A stretch of 64,000 nucleotides of DNA, taken from NCBI GenBank assembly GCA_041671325.1, contig JBAZBR010000001.1:153771-217770 (forward strand), in the 5' to 3' direction. Source of the DNA: Patescibacteria group bacterium (lineage in GTDB: Bacteria; Patescibacteriota; Patescibacteriia; PEXW01). A program made the translations under genes and the position numbers. Shown here piece by piece: positions 30,843-39,456 of this stretch (position 1 is the first letter of the stretch; each line of letters begins with the position of its first letter). Below the pieces are notes generated by a model. That model ran no database searches, was not told the origin of the DNA, and saw nothing but the letters and a program-made list of their open reading frames with translations.

Positions 30843-30982
30843 AAGTTCGTCAAATATAACACATTCCTAATATCCGTCAAGTCTGGGTTGGATAAGCAAA
30901 GAGTTTGATTTTGTTGCTGCGCTATTGTAGTATATTTTGAAGTGCAGTTCTTTTAAAAAACAGTTATATTAAGGCGGAGACA

Positions 30983-31837
30983 ATGAAAATAGAGAAAGCT
31001 ATTGAATCAGCGAGGTTGTACTTAAATGCGCAAGTAAATGATGGTTTTTGTTTAGAGTTTCATCAACTCCGGAACGGCCCAAGTATTGCATGGACAACTG
31101 CTTGAGTAGGTTCCACACTTTCTGAATTTCATGCTATTCCTCAAGGAATGCTTGAGGCGGTATTGTCTTTACAACAAAAGGATTGTGGCGGTTGGTCATA
31201 TAATCAGCACGTTGTACCTGACGCTGACACTACATTAAGGGTTCTTCAATTTCTGGGTAAGGCAGGATTCAATAACGAAGTTATAATTAACAGAGCTGAA
31301 CAATTCGTTATTGCTCATCAACAAGCCGATGGGGGTATAGCAACCTACTTGCCCGATATGGTTACAGCCATGGGTTACCCCGAAGGCGGATGGACGGTCT
31401 CACACCCTTGCGTTACCGCCCTGGCCAGTCGTATTTTGCGAAATGAACAAGCGAAGCAAAAAGCACGTCAATACTTAGATATACGACTTGCCAATGGTGA
31501 TACCCGAGCGTATTGGTGGAAAACACCATGGTATGTCAGATATGAATCTGGGTTTATTAACGGGGAAAGTTTCAGTAATGATCCAGTCGAACTTTCATTA
31601 GTGCTTCTTTTAAAGGCACGCTATAGCTTAGCCGACAGAAAGCTACTCGTGAGCTTGAAGAATTTACAGCTTGATGATGGTAGCTGGCCGGCTAGTCGAC
31701 AGTTTCGAATTCCTCGGCCTAATCAGTTTCTTGAAGATATCAACGAAGGAACTGAGTTAGTTGAAGATCGGACAAGAATTTTTTCAACCGCAGCCGCAGT
31801 AGTAGCAATCTCTCGCCAAAAGGCACTTCTTAATTGA
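30983..31837 (+). pseudogene. prenyltransferase/squalene-cyclase repeat protein interrupted by a single in-frame TGA
   Basis: ATG at 30983 with GGAG RBS, in frame with ORF 31148-31837; TGA at 31103-31105; QW-like repeats QQKDCGGW, QQADGG, QLDDGSW. Confidence 0.65.
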
Positions 31838-32032
31838 GGCGCCTTTTTATATGTGTTAAATTTATTAAGTGAGCCCTTGCCAGAAATTAAGCTTTATGTT
31901 AAAGTCTAGCAAGTTATTATTAATATCTCTCATACGCCCCCTCTAGCAAGAGTTTAATTGTTTCCTGCCTTAAATCATTAAGGTTAACAATTAAGAAAGG
32001 CGTAGCGGAAATTTAAAGAAAGGATTATTTTT

Positions 32033-32731
32033 ATGCATGAGGTCACTCTCCTCGAAATGCTCCAAAAGGGCGTGCATTTTGGACATCAAGAATCAAGATG
32101 GAGCCCAAAAATGAAGCCATTCATTTTTACGTCCCGTAATGGCATTCATATCATTAATTTGGAAGCAACGCGGGATAGAATGAAAGTCGCGGCTGAATTT
32201 GCTGCCTCGATTGCCAAATCAGGCGGCAAGATTTTATTTGTCGGCACTAAAAGACAGGCCAAAGCCATAATCAAGAAATACGCTGAAACATGCGGCATGC
32301 CTTTTATGGTTGAAAGGTGGGTTGGTGGGGCGTTAACAAACTTTTCGACAATCCACGAATTGATAAAGAAATTAAAGCGGCTTAAAAGCGAGCAGATTGC
32401 TGGGTTATTGGATAAATACACCAAGAAAGAGCAATTGAACATAAACAAGGAAATTGTGAAATTACAGAACGAAATTGGCGGCATGGAAATGCTTGACCAG
32501 GTTCCCCAAGCGATATTCATAGTTGATTCTACTAAAGAAAGGACGGCCTTGCGTGAAGCTAGAAAAATGAAAATTCCAGTTATCGCAATTTGCGATACAA
32601 ATAGCAATCCAGATATAATTGATTTTCCAATACCTGCTAATGATGACGCCACAAAATCAATTGATTTTATAGCTGGTTATATCTGTGAAGCAATTCAAGA
32701 AGGCAAGTCAAATCAGGCTCAAACCGTCTAA
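32033..32731 (+). CDS. rpsB: 30S ribosomal protein S2
   Basis: GVHFGH..RWSPKM, FVGTK, DTNSNP, PANDD. Confidence 0.98.
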   Translation: MHEVTLLEMLQKGVHFGHQESRWSPKMKPFIFTSRNGIHIINLEATRDRMKVAAEFAASIAKSGGKILFVGTKRQAKAIIKKYAETCGMPFMVERWVGGALTNFSTIHELIKKLKRLKSEQIAGLLDKYTKKEQLNINKEIVKLQNEIGGMEMLDQVPQAIFIVDSTKERTALREARKMKIPVIAICDTNSNPDIIDFPIPANDDATKSIDFIAGYICEAIQEGKSNQAQTV

Positions 32732-32744
32732 GTTTATAAAAAAT

Positions 32745-33335
32745 ATGACAAATATTTCAATTAATAATGTCCAACAATTAAGAGAAAAAACTGGAGTGGG
32801 CGTGATGGCCGCCAAAAAAGCCCTGGAAGAAAGCGGGGGAGATGTTGAGAAAGCAGTGACGGTTTTGCGCAAAGCCGGGCAAAAAATTGCTGAAAAAAAG
32901 CAAAATCGCCAGACTCATGAAGGCGTGGTTGGAACGTACTTGCATTCCAACAAAAAACTTTTAGCTGCAGTGGCGGTGGCTTGCGAAACGGATTTTGTTG
33001 CGCTGACCGACCCCTTTCAAGAATTAGCCCATGATTTAGCCATGCACGTGGCGGCTATGAACCCGGAATATTTAGGCCCAGAAAATGTACCCGCTGACTT
33101 GGTTAATAAAGAAAAAGAAATTGCTAAAGCCCAAGCAATCAGCGAAGGCAAATCCGTAAAAATCATTGAGAATATCGTTAGCGGCAAGCTTAATAAATTT
33201 TTTGAAGAGAAGTGTTTACTGAAGCAAAAGTTTTTTAAAGACGATGAAAAGACCATCGAACAGGTAATCCAAGAAGCAATTCAGAAGTTAGGTGAAAACA
33301 TCAAAATAAAAGAATTTATCCGTTTTACTATTTAA
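32745..33335 (+). CDS. tsf: elongation factor Ts (short form)
   Basis: LREKTGVG, CETDFVA, AMHVAAMNP; follows rpsB. Confidence 0.96.
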   Translation: MTNISINNVQQLREKTGVGVMAAKKALEESGGDVEKAVTVLRKAGQKIAEKKQNRQTHEGVVGTYLHSNKKLLAAVAVACETDFVALTDPFQELAHDLAMHVAAMNPEYLGPENVPADLVNKEKEIAKAQAISEGKSVKIIENIVSGKLNKFFEEKCLLKQKFFKDDEKTIEQVIQEAIQKLGENIKIKEFIRFTI

Positions 33336-33340
33336 TTTTT

Positions 33341-34231
33341 ATGTTAATTGACTGGATTGCGCTTGCTATTTTTGGGCTTTGTATGGTAATCTGCGCGGTT
33401 ATTATTTGGCGCAAGCTTCCAACTTTAGCCAGTATAAAAACCGAAGCAATTCCTAAACATCAGCAAGCTGCCCAAAAGAAGGCGCTCTTAGATAAGAGAT
33501 TACAAGATAAACTAGGCAGTTTTGAAACCGCAGTAATAAAAGTCTTTAAATTAATTTACCTGAATTTACAGAAATTCTTTAGAAATTTACTTAAATATCT
33601 GAAAGTTCGGGAAAGTGAATATCGCCGCAAAGTAATCACTCAAAAGGCAATTGAAAATCCCGATGCCTTAAGGGCAAAAATTGTAACTGCCCTGAATGAG
33701 GCTCAAATAAATTTAAAACAGAATGATCTGGAAAAAGCCGAGCAAATATTTGTTGATGTGATAAGTATGGATGCAAAAAATATAGACGCTTATTTGGGTT
33801 TATCTGATGTGGCAATGTCAAAAAAAGATTATGCAAATGCCAAGGAAGCTTTAAATTTTGTTTTAAAACTGCATCAAGATAATGAAGCGGCTTATAGCCG
33901 GCTTGGCAGGATTGCTTCGGATGAAGGAAACTTCAATGAAGCTGAAGCTGATTATTTAAAATCAATATCCCTGAATGCTTCCATGGCCAATGCGCAATTT
34001 GAATTGGGGAGTGTTGAAGAAAAACTTGGCAATTACGAGAAAGCAGAACAGGCTTTTTCTGAATCAGTAAAATTAGAGCCTGCCAACCCAAAATATTTAG
34101 ATGGATTAATACAGTTTGCCATTAGACAAAAAAATAAAAATTTAGCCAAAGAAACCTTGAAAAAATTAAAAGAAGCTAATCCAGAAAATGAAAAAATTGA
34201 TGAGTTATCAGAAAACATTAAAACAATTTAA
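33341..34231 (+). CDS. membrane-anchored TPR protein
   Basis: N-terminal TM; C-terminal TPR-like helical repeats (AYLGL, AYSRLG, AQFELG). Confidence 0.85.
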   Translation: MLIDWIALAIFGLCMVICAVIIWRKLPTLASIKTEAIPKHQQAAQKKALLDKRLQDKLGSFETAVIKVFKLIYLNLQKFFRNLLKYLKVRESEYRRKVITQKAIENPDALRAKIVTALNEAQINLKQNDLEKAEQIFVDVISMDAKNIDAYLGLSDVAMSKKDYANAKEALNFVLKLHQDNEAAYSRLGRIASDEGNFNEAEADYLKSISLNASMANAQFELGSVEEKLGNYEKAEQAFSESVKLEPANPKYLDGLIQFAIRQKNKNLAKETLKKLKEANPENEKIDELSENIKTI

Positions 34232-34257
34232 ATAATTTGTTTTCTCCCGCCACCTCT

Positions 34258-34333
34258 GCCGTTGTAGCTCAGCTGGTAGAGCAACTCCATGGTAAGGAGT
34301 AGGTCGCCGGTTCAATTCCGGCCAACGGCTCCA
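34258..34333 (+). tRNA. tRNA-Thr(GGT)
   Basis: Cloverleaf GCCGTTG..ACTCC-ATGGTAA-GGAGT..GGTTCAATT..CAACGGC-T-CCA. Confidence 0.95.
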
Positions 34334-34424
34334 GAGGTGGCGGGAGAAATTACGCAACGGTTTTGTCCCGCACATTATAAATTCAATAGTTGTAAACGGG
34401 ATCTTCGAAATTGCATCAAAATTT

Positions 34425-34688
34425 GCCAGCGTAGCTCAGCTGGTACCCCGCACAACTCACTACGTTCGTTTGCGGGGCAGGGAGCAACGGTTTTGTCTCC
34501 CTTCGGGAGATGTCCCGTAGGGACATAAACCTTGAAAAATAATTAGTTTTAAACCCGAGCCGCCCTAGCTCAGTGGTAGAGCAACTGTTTTGTAAACAGT
34601 AGGTCGTCAGTTCGACTCTGACGGGCGGCTCCAAACCCGGCGGGCAGAAACCGTAGGTCGTCCCGCGGCCGCGGGACCGCTGGCTCCA
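34425..34688 (+). pseudogene. split, hairpin-decorated tRNA-Thr(TGT) copy enclosing the intact gene
   Basis: 5' half 34425-34531 (GCCAGCG..., with D-loop and anticodon inserts) and 3' half 34648-34688 (...CGCTGGC-T-CCA) have complementary acceptor and anticodon stems. Confidence 0.8.
34559..34633 (+). tRNA. tRNA-Thr(TGT)
   Basis: GCCGCCC..ACTGT-TTTGTAA-ACAGT..GTTCGAC..GGGCGGC-T-CCA. Confidence 0.95.
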
Positions 34689-34830
34689 CGCGTCATCGCT
34701 TGTTCCACCCTTCGTGTACTCGAATTGTCGAGTCCACTGCGGGTTCCACAAGCGTGCCGCTTTCCCCAAATTTTTCTTTGAAAAATTTGGGGCTCCAATT
34801 CATTAATTTCAATAATTCAATTATTATCCT

Positions 34831-34986
34831 ATGTCACAAGAAAATCTTATCAAGTTAGAATGTACGGTTTGCAAGCACGTGAATTATCATTCAAAAAAGA
34901 ACAAAAAAACTTTGAAAAAACGTTTGGAATTGAAGAAACACTGTTCATGGTGCGAAAAGCATACTTTACACAAGGAAACTAAATAA
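34831..34986 (+). CDS. rpmG: 50S ribosomal protein L33
   Basis: [51 protein letters not shown]. Confidence 0.95.
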   Translation: MSQENLIKLECTVCKHVNYHSKKNKKTLKKRLELKKHCSWCEKHTLHKETK

Positions 34987-34992
34987 TTGGAT

Positions 34993-35086
34993 GGGGGAAT
35001 AGTTCAGCGGTAGAACAGCGGTCTCCCCGCCTTCCACGCCCGACGTACCAGACGCACTCTGGCGGGGACGGGTCGGAGTACGGAAA
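34993..35086 (+). pseudogene. tRNA-Trp 5'-half ghost with anticodon-loop hairpin insert
   Basis: GGGGGAATAGTTCAGCGGTAGAACAGCGGTCTCC[57-nt GC-rich insert]AAA. Confidence 0.7.
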
Positions 35087-35108
35087 TTATATTATATTGC
35101 TAGTTGAT

Positions 35109-35182
35109 GGGGGCGTAGTTCAACAGTAGAACTTCGGTCTCCAAAACCGGTAACGAGGGTGCGACACCTTCCGCCCCCGCCA
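35109..35182 (+). tRNA. tRNA-Trp(CCA)
   Basis: GGGGGCG..TCGGT-CTCCAAA-ACCGG..CGCCCCC-G-CCA; atypical T-loop TGCGACA. Confidence 0.9.
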
Positions 35183-35238
35183 ACTAGCGGTATACATGAT
35201 ATTATTCCTATTTTTTCTATATTTTTTAACAAAAATTA

Positions 35239-36609
35239 ATGCAACTTACAATATTATTTTTCATACTGTATATTGCCGTTGTAGTAATAATCGGTGTAAT
35301 ATCTTCACGAAAAGAGACTGAAGACGGTTTTATGATCGCAGAAAGGAAGGTGTCTGGTATCCAGGTTGCTGCCACAATGAGCGCTGGTTTTTTTGACGGT
35401 GCAACACTCGCGGTATATCTTGCGTATATTTACCTATACGGAATGTCGGCGGCATGGCTCTTTGTTGGTTTAGCCATTGGCTTTATTCTTTTGCGCCGTC
35501 GATATGCGCTGATAATAAAGAAAAGGGCGGATGAAATGCATGTGTACTCTATGCCTGAATATTTTTATAAAATTTTTGGGAAAAGAACTGGTTTAATGTT
35601 CACATTTTTACTAGTTCTGCAGTATTTTCTTCTGCTAATAGTAAACTTCATAATCGCTGGCAAAGTATTGTCATTAATTTTCCCTGTATCTTATTTCATT
35701 TCGGTAATGATCGGAGGTGCTGTAATCCTTACTTATCTTTTACTCGCCGGTTTTAAAGCCGTTATTAAAACAGACTTTTTTCAGTTAATAATAATGTTTA
35801 TAATGAGTTTAACAGTAGCAATATTCTTGTTTGGTAAAACCAATATACCAATTTCTGATTTTAGACCTTTTACTTTAGGAGTTGGCAATTTAGTAGGATT
35901 TTTACTGTTAGGATGTGTAGGAATAATGGTCGCACCCGACCTTTGGCAACGTATTTTCGCTACCAAAGATGAAATTAACCTCAAACGAGGATTGGGTTAT
36001 TCCGCAATCATCTTGCCATTACTTGCTATCATTATTAGTATTGTTGGTCTTGCAACTAAACAATTCTTTCCAAATATTGTCCCTGAAAATGCACTTATTA
36101 CAGGGTTCTCTGAGTTATTACCCTTTGGGCTTAAGGAGTTTGGCATTGTCCTGTTATATGCCGTCGCCCTTTCGTCGTCGGACACTATCACTTTCTTAGT
36201 ATCATCAATCTTTACCAGAGATTTGAAAAATTACACTAAACGGTTTGGCGAAGAATCAATGAAAAAACTTACTCGATTTTTCATGATAGTATTCGTATTA
36301 GTTGCCGTTCTTATTGCTATATTCTATCAAAACATTGTTGCCCTCGGTCTATCATTGGGCAGTTTAAGTTTGGCCTTATTCCCTGTCATTCTCGGCACCT
36401 TTTATTGGAAGCTAAACGAACGTGCGGTTTATTGGAGCTTGTTGATAGCTTTTCTGAGCGTTGTCGCAGTATTTTTAGCTGATGCTGTGAATCCGCAAAA
36501 TGTGGCAATTTCTCTACCTGTTGCGGTCATTAGTCTGTTTATCCTTAACAAAATTTTTAAGAAAAAAGAAAGAATAACCTCTGCGCCTAAAGTTACAATG
36601 ACTTTGTAG
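35239..36609 (+). CDS. sodium:solute symporter family protein
   Basis: About 13 TM; F..A.R, GFKAVIKTD..Q, PDLWQRIFA, ALSSSDT motifs. Confidence 0.9.
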   Translation: MQLTILFFILYIAVVVIIGVISSRKETEDGFMIAERKVSGIQVAATMSAGFFDGATLAVYLAYIYLYGMSAAWLFVGLAIGFILLRRRYALIIKKRADEMHVYSMPEYFYKIFGKRTGLMFTFLLVLQYFLLLIVNFIIAGKVLSLIFPVSYFISVMIGGAVILTYLLLAGFKAVIKTDFFQLIIMFIMSLTVAIFLFGKTNIPISDFRPFTLGVGNLVGFLLLGCVGIMVAPDLWQRIFATKDEINLKRGLGYSAIILPLLAIIISIVGLATKQFFPNIVPENALITGFSELLPFGLKEFGIVLLYAVALSSSDTITFLVSSIFTRDLKNYTKRFGEESMKKLTRFFMIVFVLVAVLIAIFYQNIVALGLSLGSLSLALFPVILGTFYWKLNERAVYWSLLIAFLSVVAVFLADAVNPQNVAISLPVAVISLFILNKIFKKKERITSAPKVTMTL

Positions 36610-36661
36610 AAAACGTGGGCATTATCCAATATCACGGTACTATATCTGCCAAGCGGGCATG

Positions 36662-36690
36662 CAAAACCGGTAACGAGGGTGCGACACCTT
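36662..36690 (+). repeat. direct repeat of the tRNA-Trp 3' half (att-like scar)
   Basis: CAAAACCGGTAACGAGGGTGCGACACCTT is identical to 35142-35170. Confidence 0.9.
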
Positions 36691-36721
36691 TTGCTCCTGT
36701 TGCATAACTATATCGAAATTT

Positions 36722-37318
36722 ATGTTACCAAAAATAATTCTTTTTGATGTCGGCAATGTGGTTATCGATGCCGATCAAGCAATTACTCATAAACTTCTTC
36801 AAAGTTTGGGTGTTCCAAAGGAACAGTCCGAATTATTTTATAAGAATAAGGAATACTTTGAGTTTAGCCGCGGTAATATTTGCGGGCAGGATTTTTATAA
36901 ATCCTTAATTAATGAGTATTTAAAAATTCCGCTCTCTTACGAGCAGGTGGTAAACGCCCACAACCAACATATTTATGGAGTTAATGAAAACGTTATTCAA
37001 ACCATTAAGGGCTTATCAAAGTACACAATTTTATTTGCGACAGATACCAACGAGTGGCAAACCGCCAGAGAGAAGGAGTTAATAAACTTGAAATTATATA
37101 GCCAACATATTTTTAGATCTCACGAATTACATAAGTTAAAAGTGGATGATGGATTCTTTGAGGGTATTCTTGAATTTCTTAACATTAATTCAGCCGAGGT
37201 TCTTTTTATCGATGATGATCCGCAAAAGTTAAATATGGCGATAAGACAGGGTTTGGAAGGGTTAATTTTTGAAAATAATCTTCAATTGAAACAATCTTTA
37301 AGCAATTTGGGTATTTAA
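36722..37318 (+). CDS. HAD-superfamily hydrolase
   Basis: ILFDVGNV motif I; LFIDD motif IV. Confidence 0.88.
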   Translation: MLPKIILFDVGNVVIDADQAITHKLLQSLGVPKEQSELFYKNKEYFEFSRGNICGQDFYKSLINEYLKIPLSYEQVVNAHNQHIYGVNENVIQTIKGLSKYTILFATDTNEWQTAREKELINLKLYSQHIFRSHELHKLKVDDGFFEGILEFLNINSAEVLFIDDDPQKLNMAIRQGLEGLIFENNLQLKQSLSNLGI

Positions 37319-37448
37319 GGCTTATTTAGAAATGAATTTAAAATAACCTGTTTGTCAATTAATACCGCCAAGAAAGCGGTTTTTTTGTTAGTGTTGACGG
37401 AATTTCATTATTGTGTGAAAATAAAAAAGCTACAATGCTTACCTTAAG

Positions 37449-37859
37449 ATGCGAAATCAACATCAAAAACAATTCCTAAAGCGGGTTTTAACCTCAAGAG
37501 GTATAATTGTTTTTGAGGTTTTAATTATAGCTTTTTTACTTATTGGCATTTCTAAGGAAATTATCAGGCGAGTTTCATTAAGGCAGGAAATAACGACCCT
37601 AGAAAAGCAAATTACCGAACTTGAATCGCAAAACCGAAGCTTGGGAGAATATGTAGCCTCGATAAATACCGAAAGTTTTAAAGAAAAAGAGGCGCGGAAG
37701 CGCTTAAACCTTCAAAAACCCGGAGAATCTTTACTAATCTTGCCGGAAACCAAGAGTTTATCAAATGAAACACCAGAAAATTCAATTTCAAACTCCATTG
37801 GAAAAGGAAAGTCGAACCCGCTTCGATGGTGGCGATATTTCTTTACTTCTTCAACTTAA
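37449..37859 (+). CDS. septum formation initiator (FtsB/DivIC family)
   Basis: TM plus coiled coil plus EKEARKRLNLQKPGE. Confidence 0.85.
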   Translation: MRNQHQKQFLKRVLTSRGIIVFEVLIIAFLLIGISKEIIRRVSLRQEITTLEKQITELESQNRSLGEYVASINTESFKEKEARKRLNLQKPGESLLILPETKSLSNETPENSISNSIGKGKSNPLRWWRYFFTSST

Positions 37860-37866
37860 TTAATTT

Positions 37867-38955
37867 ATGACCGAAATTCATCCTGATCATGAGGCGGTTC
37901 GAGCAGAGATTGCGGAAGCAAAATTACCCGATCCAGAGCATCATGATTTAAAAAAATTACCTCCTCCGCACATCCATTGGCTTAGAAGGATAGCTATCTG
38001 GCTGGGCGGCTTGGTTGTTTTATTAATCCTGGTTTTTGCCGTAGGCTATTTGCGGTTCAGCTGGCAGAACAAAATATTATTATGGCCAGCCAAAGTTTTG
38101 CCCTATCCAGTCTCAATTGTGGGAGGTGAATGGCTTTCATATTATGATTATCAAGCTGATGTGCCAAATATAACCCAATACGTTGAAAGAAATTCCCCAC
38201 CAGATGCCGAGGTTACCAGAAATATGTCTTTAGACGTTTATTCCCGCAAGATAATCTTGAATAAGATGATTGGCGAGGAAATTATCAATAAAATTGGTCT
38301 AGCCAAAAAATTAACCGTCACCCAGGCTGATATTGATAAAACTTATCAAAATTACGTCACCCAGGCTGGCAGTACTGAAGCAGAAATTTCTGATACTATT
38401 AAAACTTTGTACAACTGGTCGGTGGATGAATTCAAACAAAAATTAATCAGTTCTCAGGTTATCCAGGAAAAATTGGCTGAATCATATTTTGCTGAAGTAA
38501 AAAATCAAGTTGAACAGCTCCGAACGGAAATCCTGAAAGACCCCAAAACTTTTGGTGAAGTTGCAAAAACACAAAGCGATGATACCTCAGCTGCCAAAGG
38601 TGGATTAATTGAGCCTATGAATACTGCTGCCCTTAAGACAGCCTATAGCGATTCGGCCGCGCAGATTGAAAGCCTGAAGGTTGGCGAAATCTCAAACGTT
38701 CTGGAAACCAGCCGAGGTTATGAAATTGTGTATTTGGAAAAGAAGGAAGCGGCAAAAAAAACGGCTGATGGTAATATGTTTACTTTGAGGGTAATTTCCA
38801 AAATGCCGGATTATAATACCTGGATCCAGGATTTAGTTAATGCAGAAATAAAGAAAAGCCGAATTATTGTTTTTGAACCAAGATTCAGATGGGAAGCGGA
38901 CTGCGGTATCTTAACTAAAGCGGAGCCAAGCTGCAAAACTACGGCTAGTAATTAA
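37867..38955 (+). CDS. SurA/PrsA-like foldase (parvulin PPIase domain)
   Basis: N-terminal TM, SurA-N-like helices, FGEVAKTQSDD.SAAKGG, GEISNVLETSRGYEI. Confidence 0.8.
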   Translation: MTEIHPDHEAVRAEIAEAKLPDPEHHDLKKLPPPHIHWLRRIAIWLGGLVVLLILVFAVGYLRFSWQNKILLWPAKVLPYPVSIVGGEWLSYYDYQADVPNITQYVERNSPPDAEVTRNMSLDVYSRKIILNKMIGEEIINKIGLAKKLTVTQADIDKTYQNYVTQAGSTEAEISDTIKTLYNWSVDEFKQKLISSQVIQEKLAESYFAEVKNQVEQLRTEILKDPKTFGEVAKTQSDDTSAAKGGLIEPMNTAALKTAYSDSAAQIESLKVGEISNVLETSRGYEIVYLEKKEAAKKTADGNMFTLRVISKMPDYNTWIQDLVNAEIKKSRIIVFEPRFRWEADCGILTKAEPSCKTTASN

Positions 38956-39070
38956 ATTAAGTTTGGATCCCCGCGCGGCGGAACTGGCGCGTGGGGAAGG
39001 CGAGGCTTCGTGCGGAGTCTGGAGTGAGCAAGCGTTAGCGTGCTTACGGAAGGCGAAGCACGAAACGAGC

Positions 39071-39268
39071 TGGAGCCAGCGGTCCCGCGGCCGCGGGACG
39101 ACCTCTGCTTTACCTGCCCACCGTACTTCGCTTGGCGAAGGCAGGCGGGCGAAAGCATTGCTCTTCCGGGGAGTTCGGATCCCGTAAGCGGGATAGCCTC
39201 ACTCCCGTCTTGGCTCTCGCAAACTCAAGCAGTTGAGTTTGCTCGTCGCCTCGACCCAACTGAGCTAG
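39071..39268 (-). pseudogene. hairpin-decorated tandem ghost of tRNA-Thr(CGT)
   Basis: CTAGCTCAGTTGG[~91 nt]AGAGCAATGCTTTCG[37 nt]TAAAGCAGAGGTCGTC[palindrome]CCGCTGGCTCCA, directly 3' of the intact gene. Confidence 0.85.
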
Positions 39269-39270
39269 AT

Positions 39271-39346
39271 TGGAGCCACCCGTCGGAGTCGAACCGACGA
39301 CCTCTGCTTTACGAAAGCATTGCTCTACCAACTGAGCTAGGGTGGC
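39271..39346 (-). tRNA. tRNA-Thr(CGT)
   Basis: GCCACCC..TGCT-TTCGTAA-AGCA..GGTTCGAC..GGGTGGC-T-CCA. Confidence 0.93.
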
Positions 39347-39361
39347 ATAAGATATGACGCG

Positions 39362-39435
39362 TGGAGCGGGTAACGGGAATCGGACCCGTATCTCATCCTT
39401 GGGAAGGATATGTACTACCACTGTACTATACCCGC
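39362..39435 (-). tRNA. tRNA-Gly(CCC)
   Basis: GCGGGTA..ATCC-TTCCCAA-GGAT..TACCCGC-T-CCA; T-loop TCCGATT. Confidence 0.88.
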
Positions 39436-39456
39436 CTGCAATCAGGATTTTAAACA

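Noticed and set aside
31103-31105. TGA as evidence for genetic code 25 or 4
   Set aside because: Conserved genes (atpG, metG, ftsE, ftsX) end at TGA at their expected C-termini, and core ORFs are not fragmented
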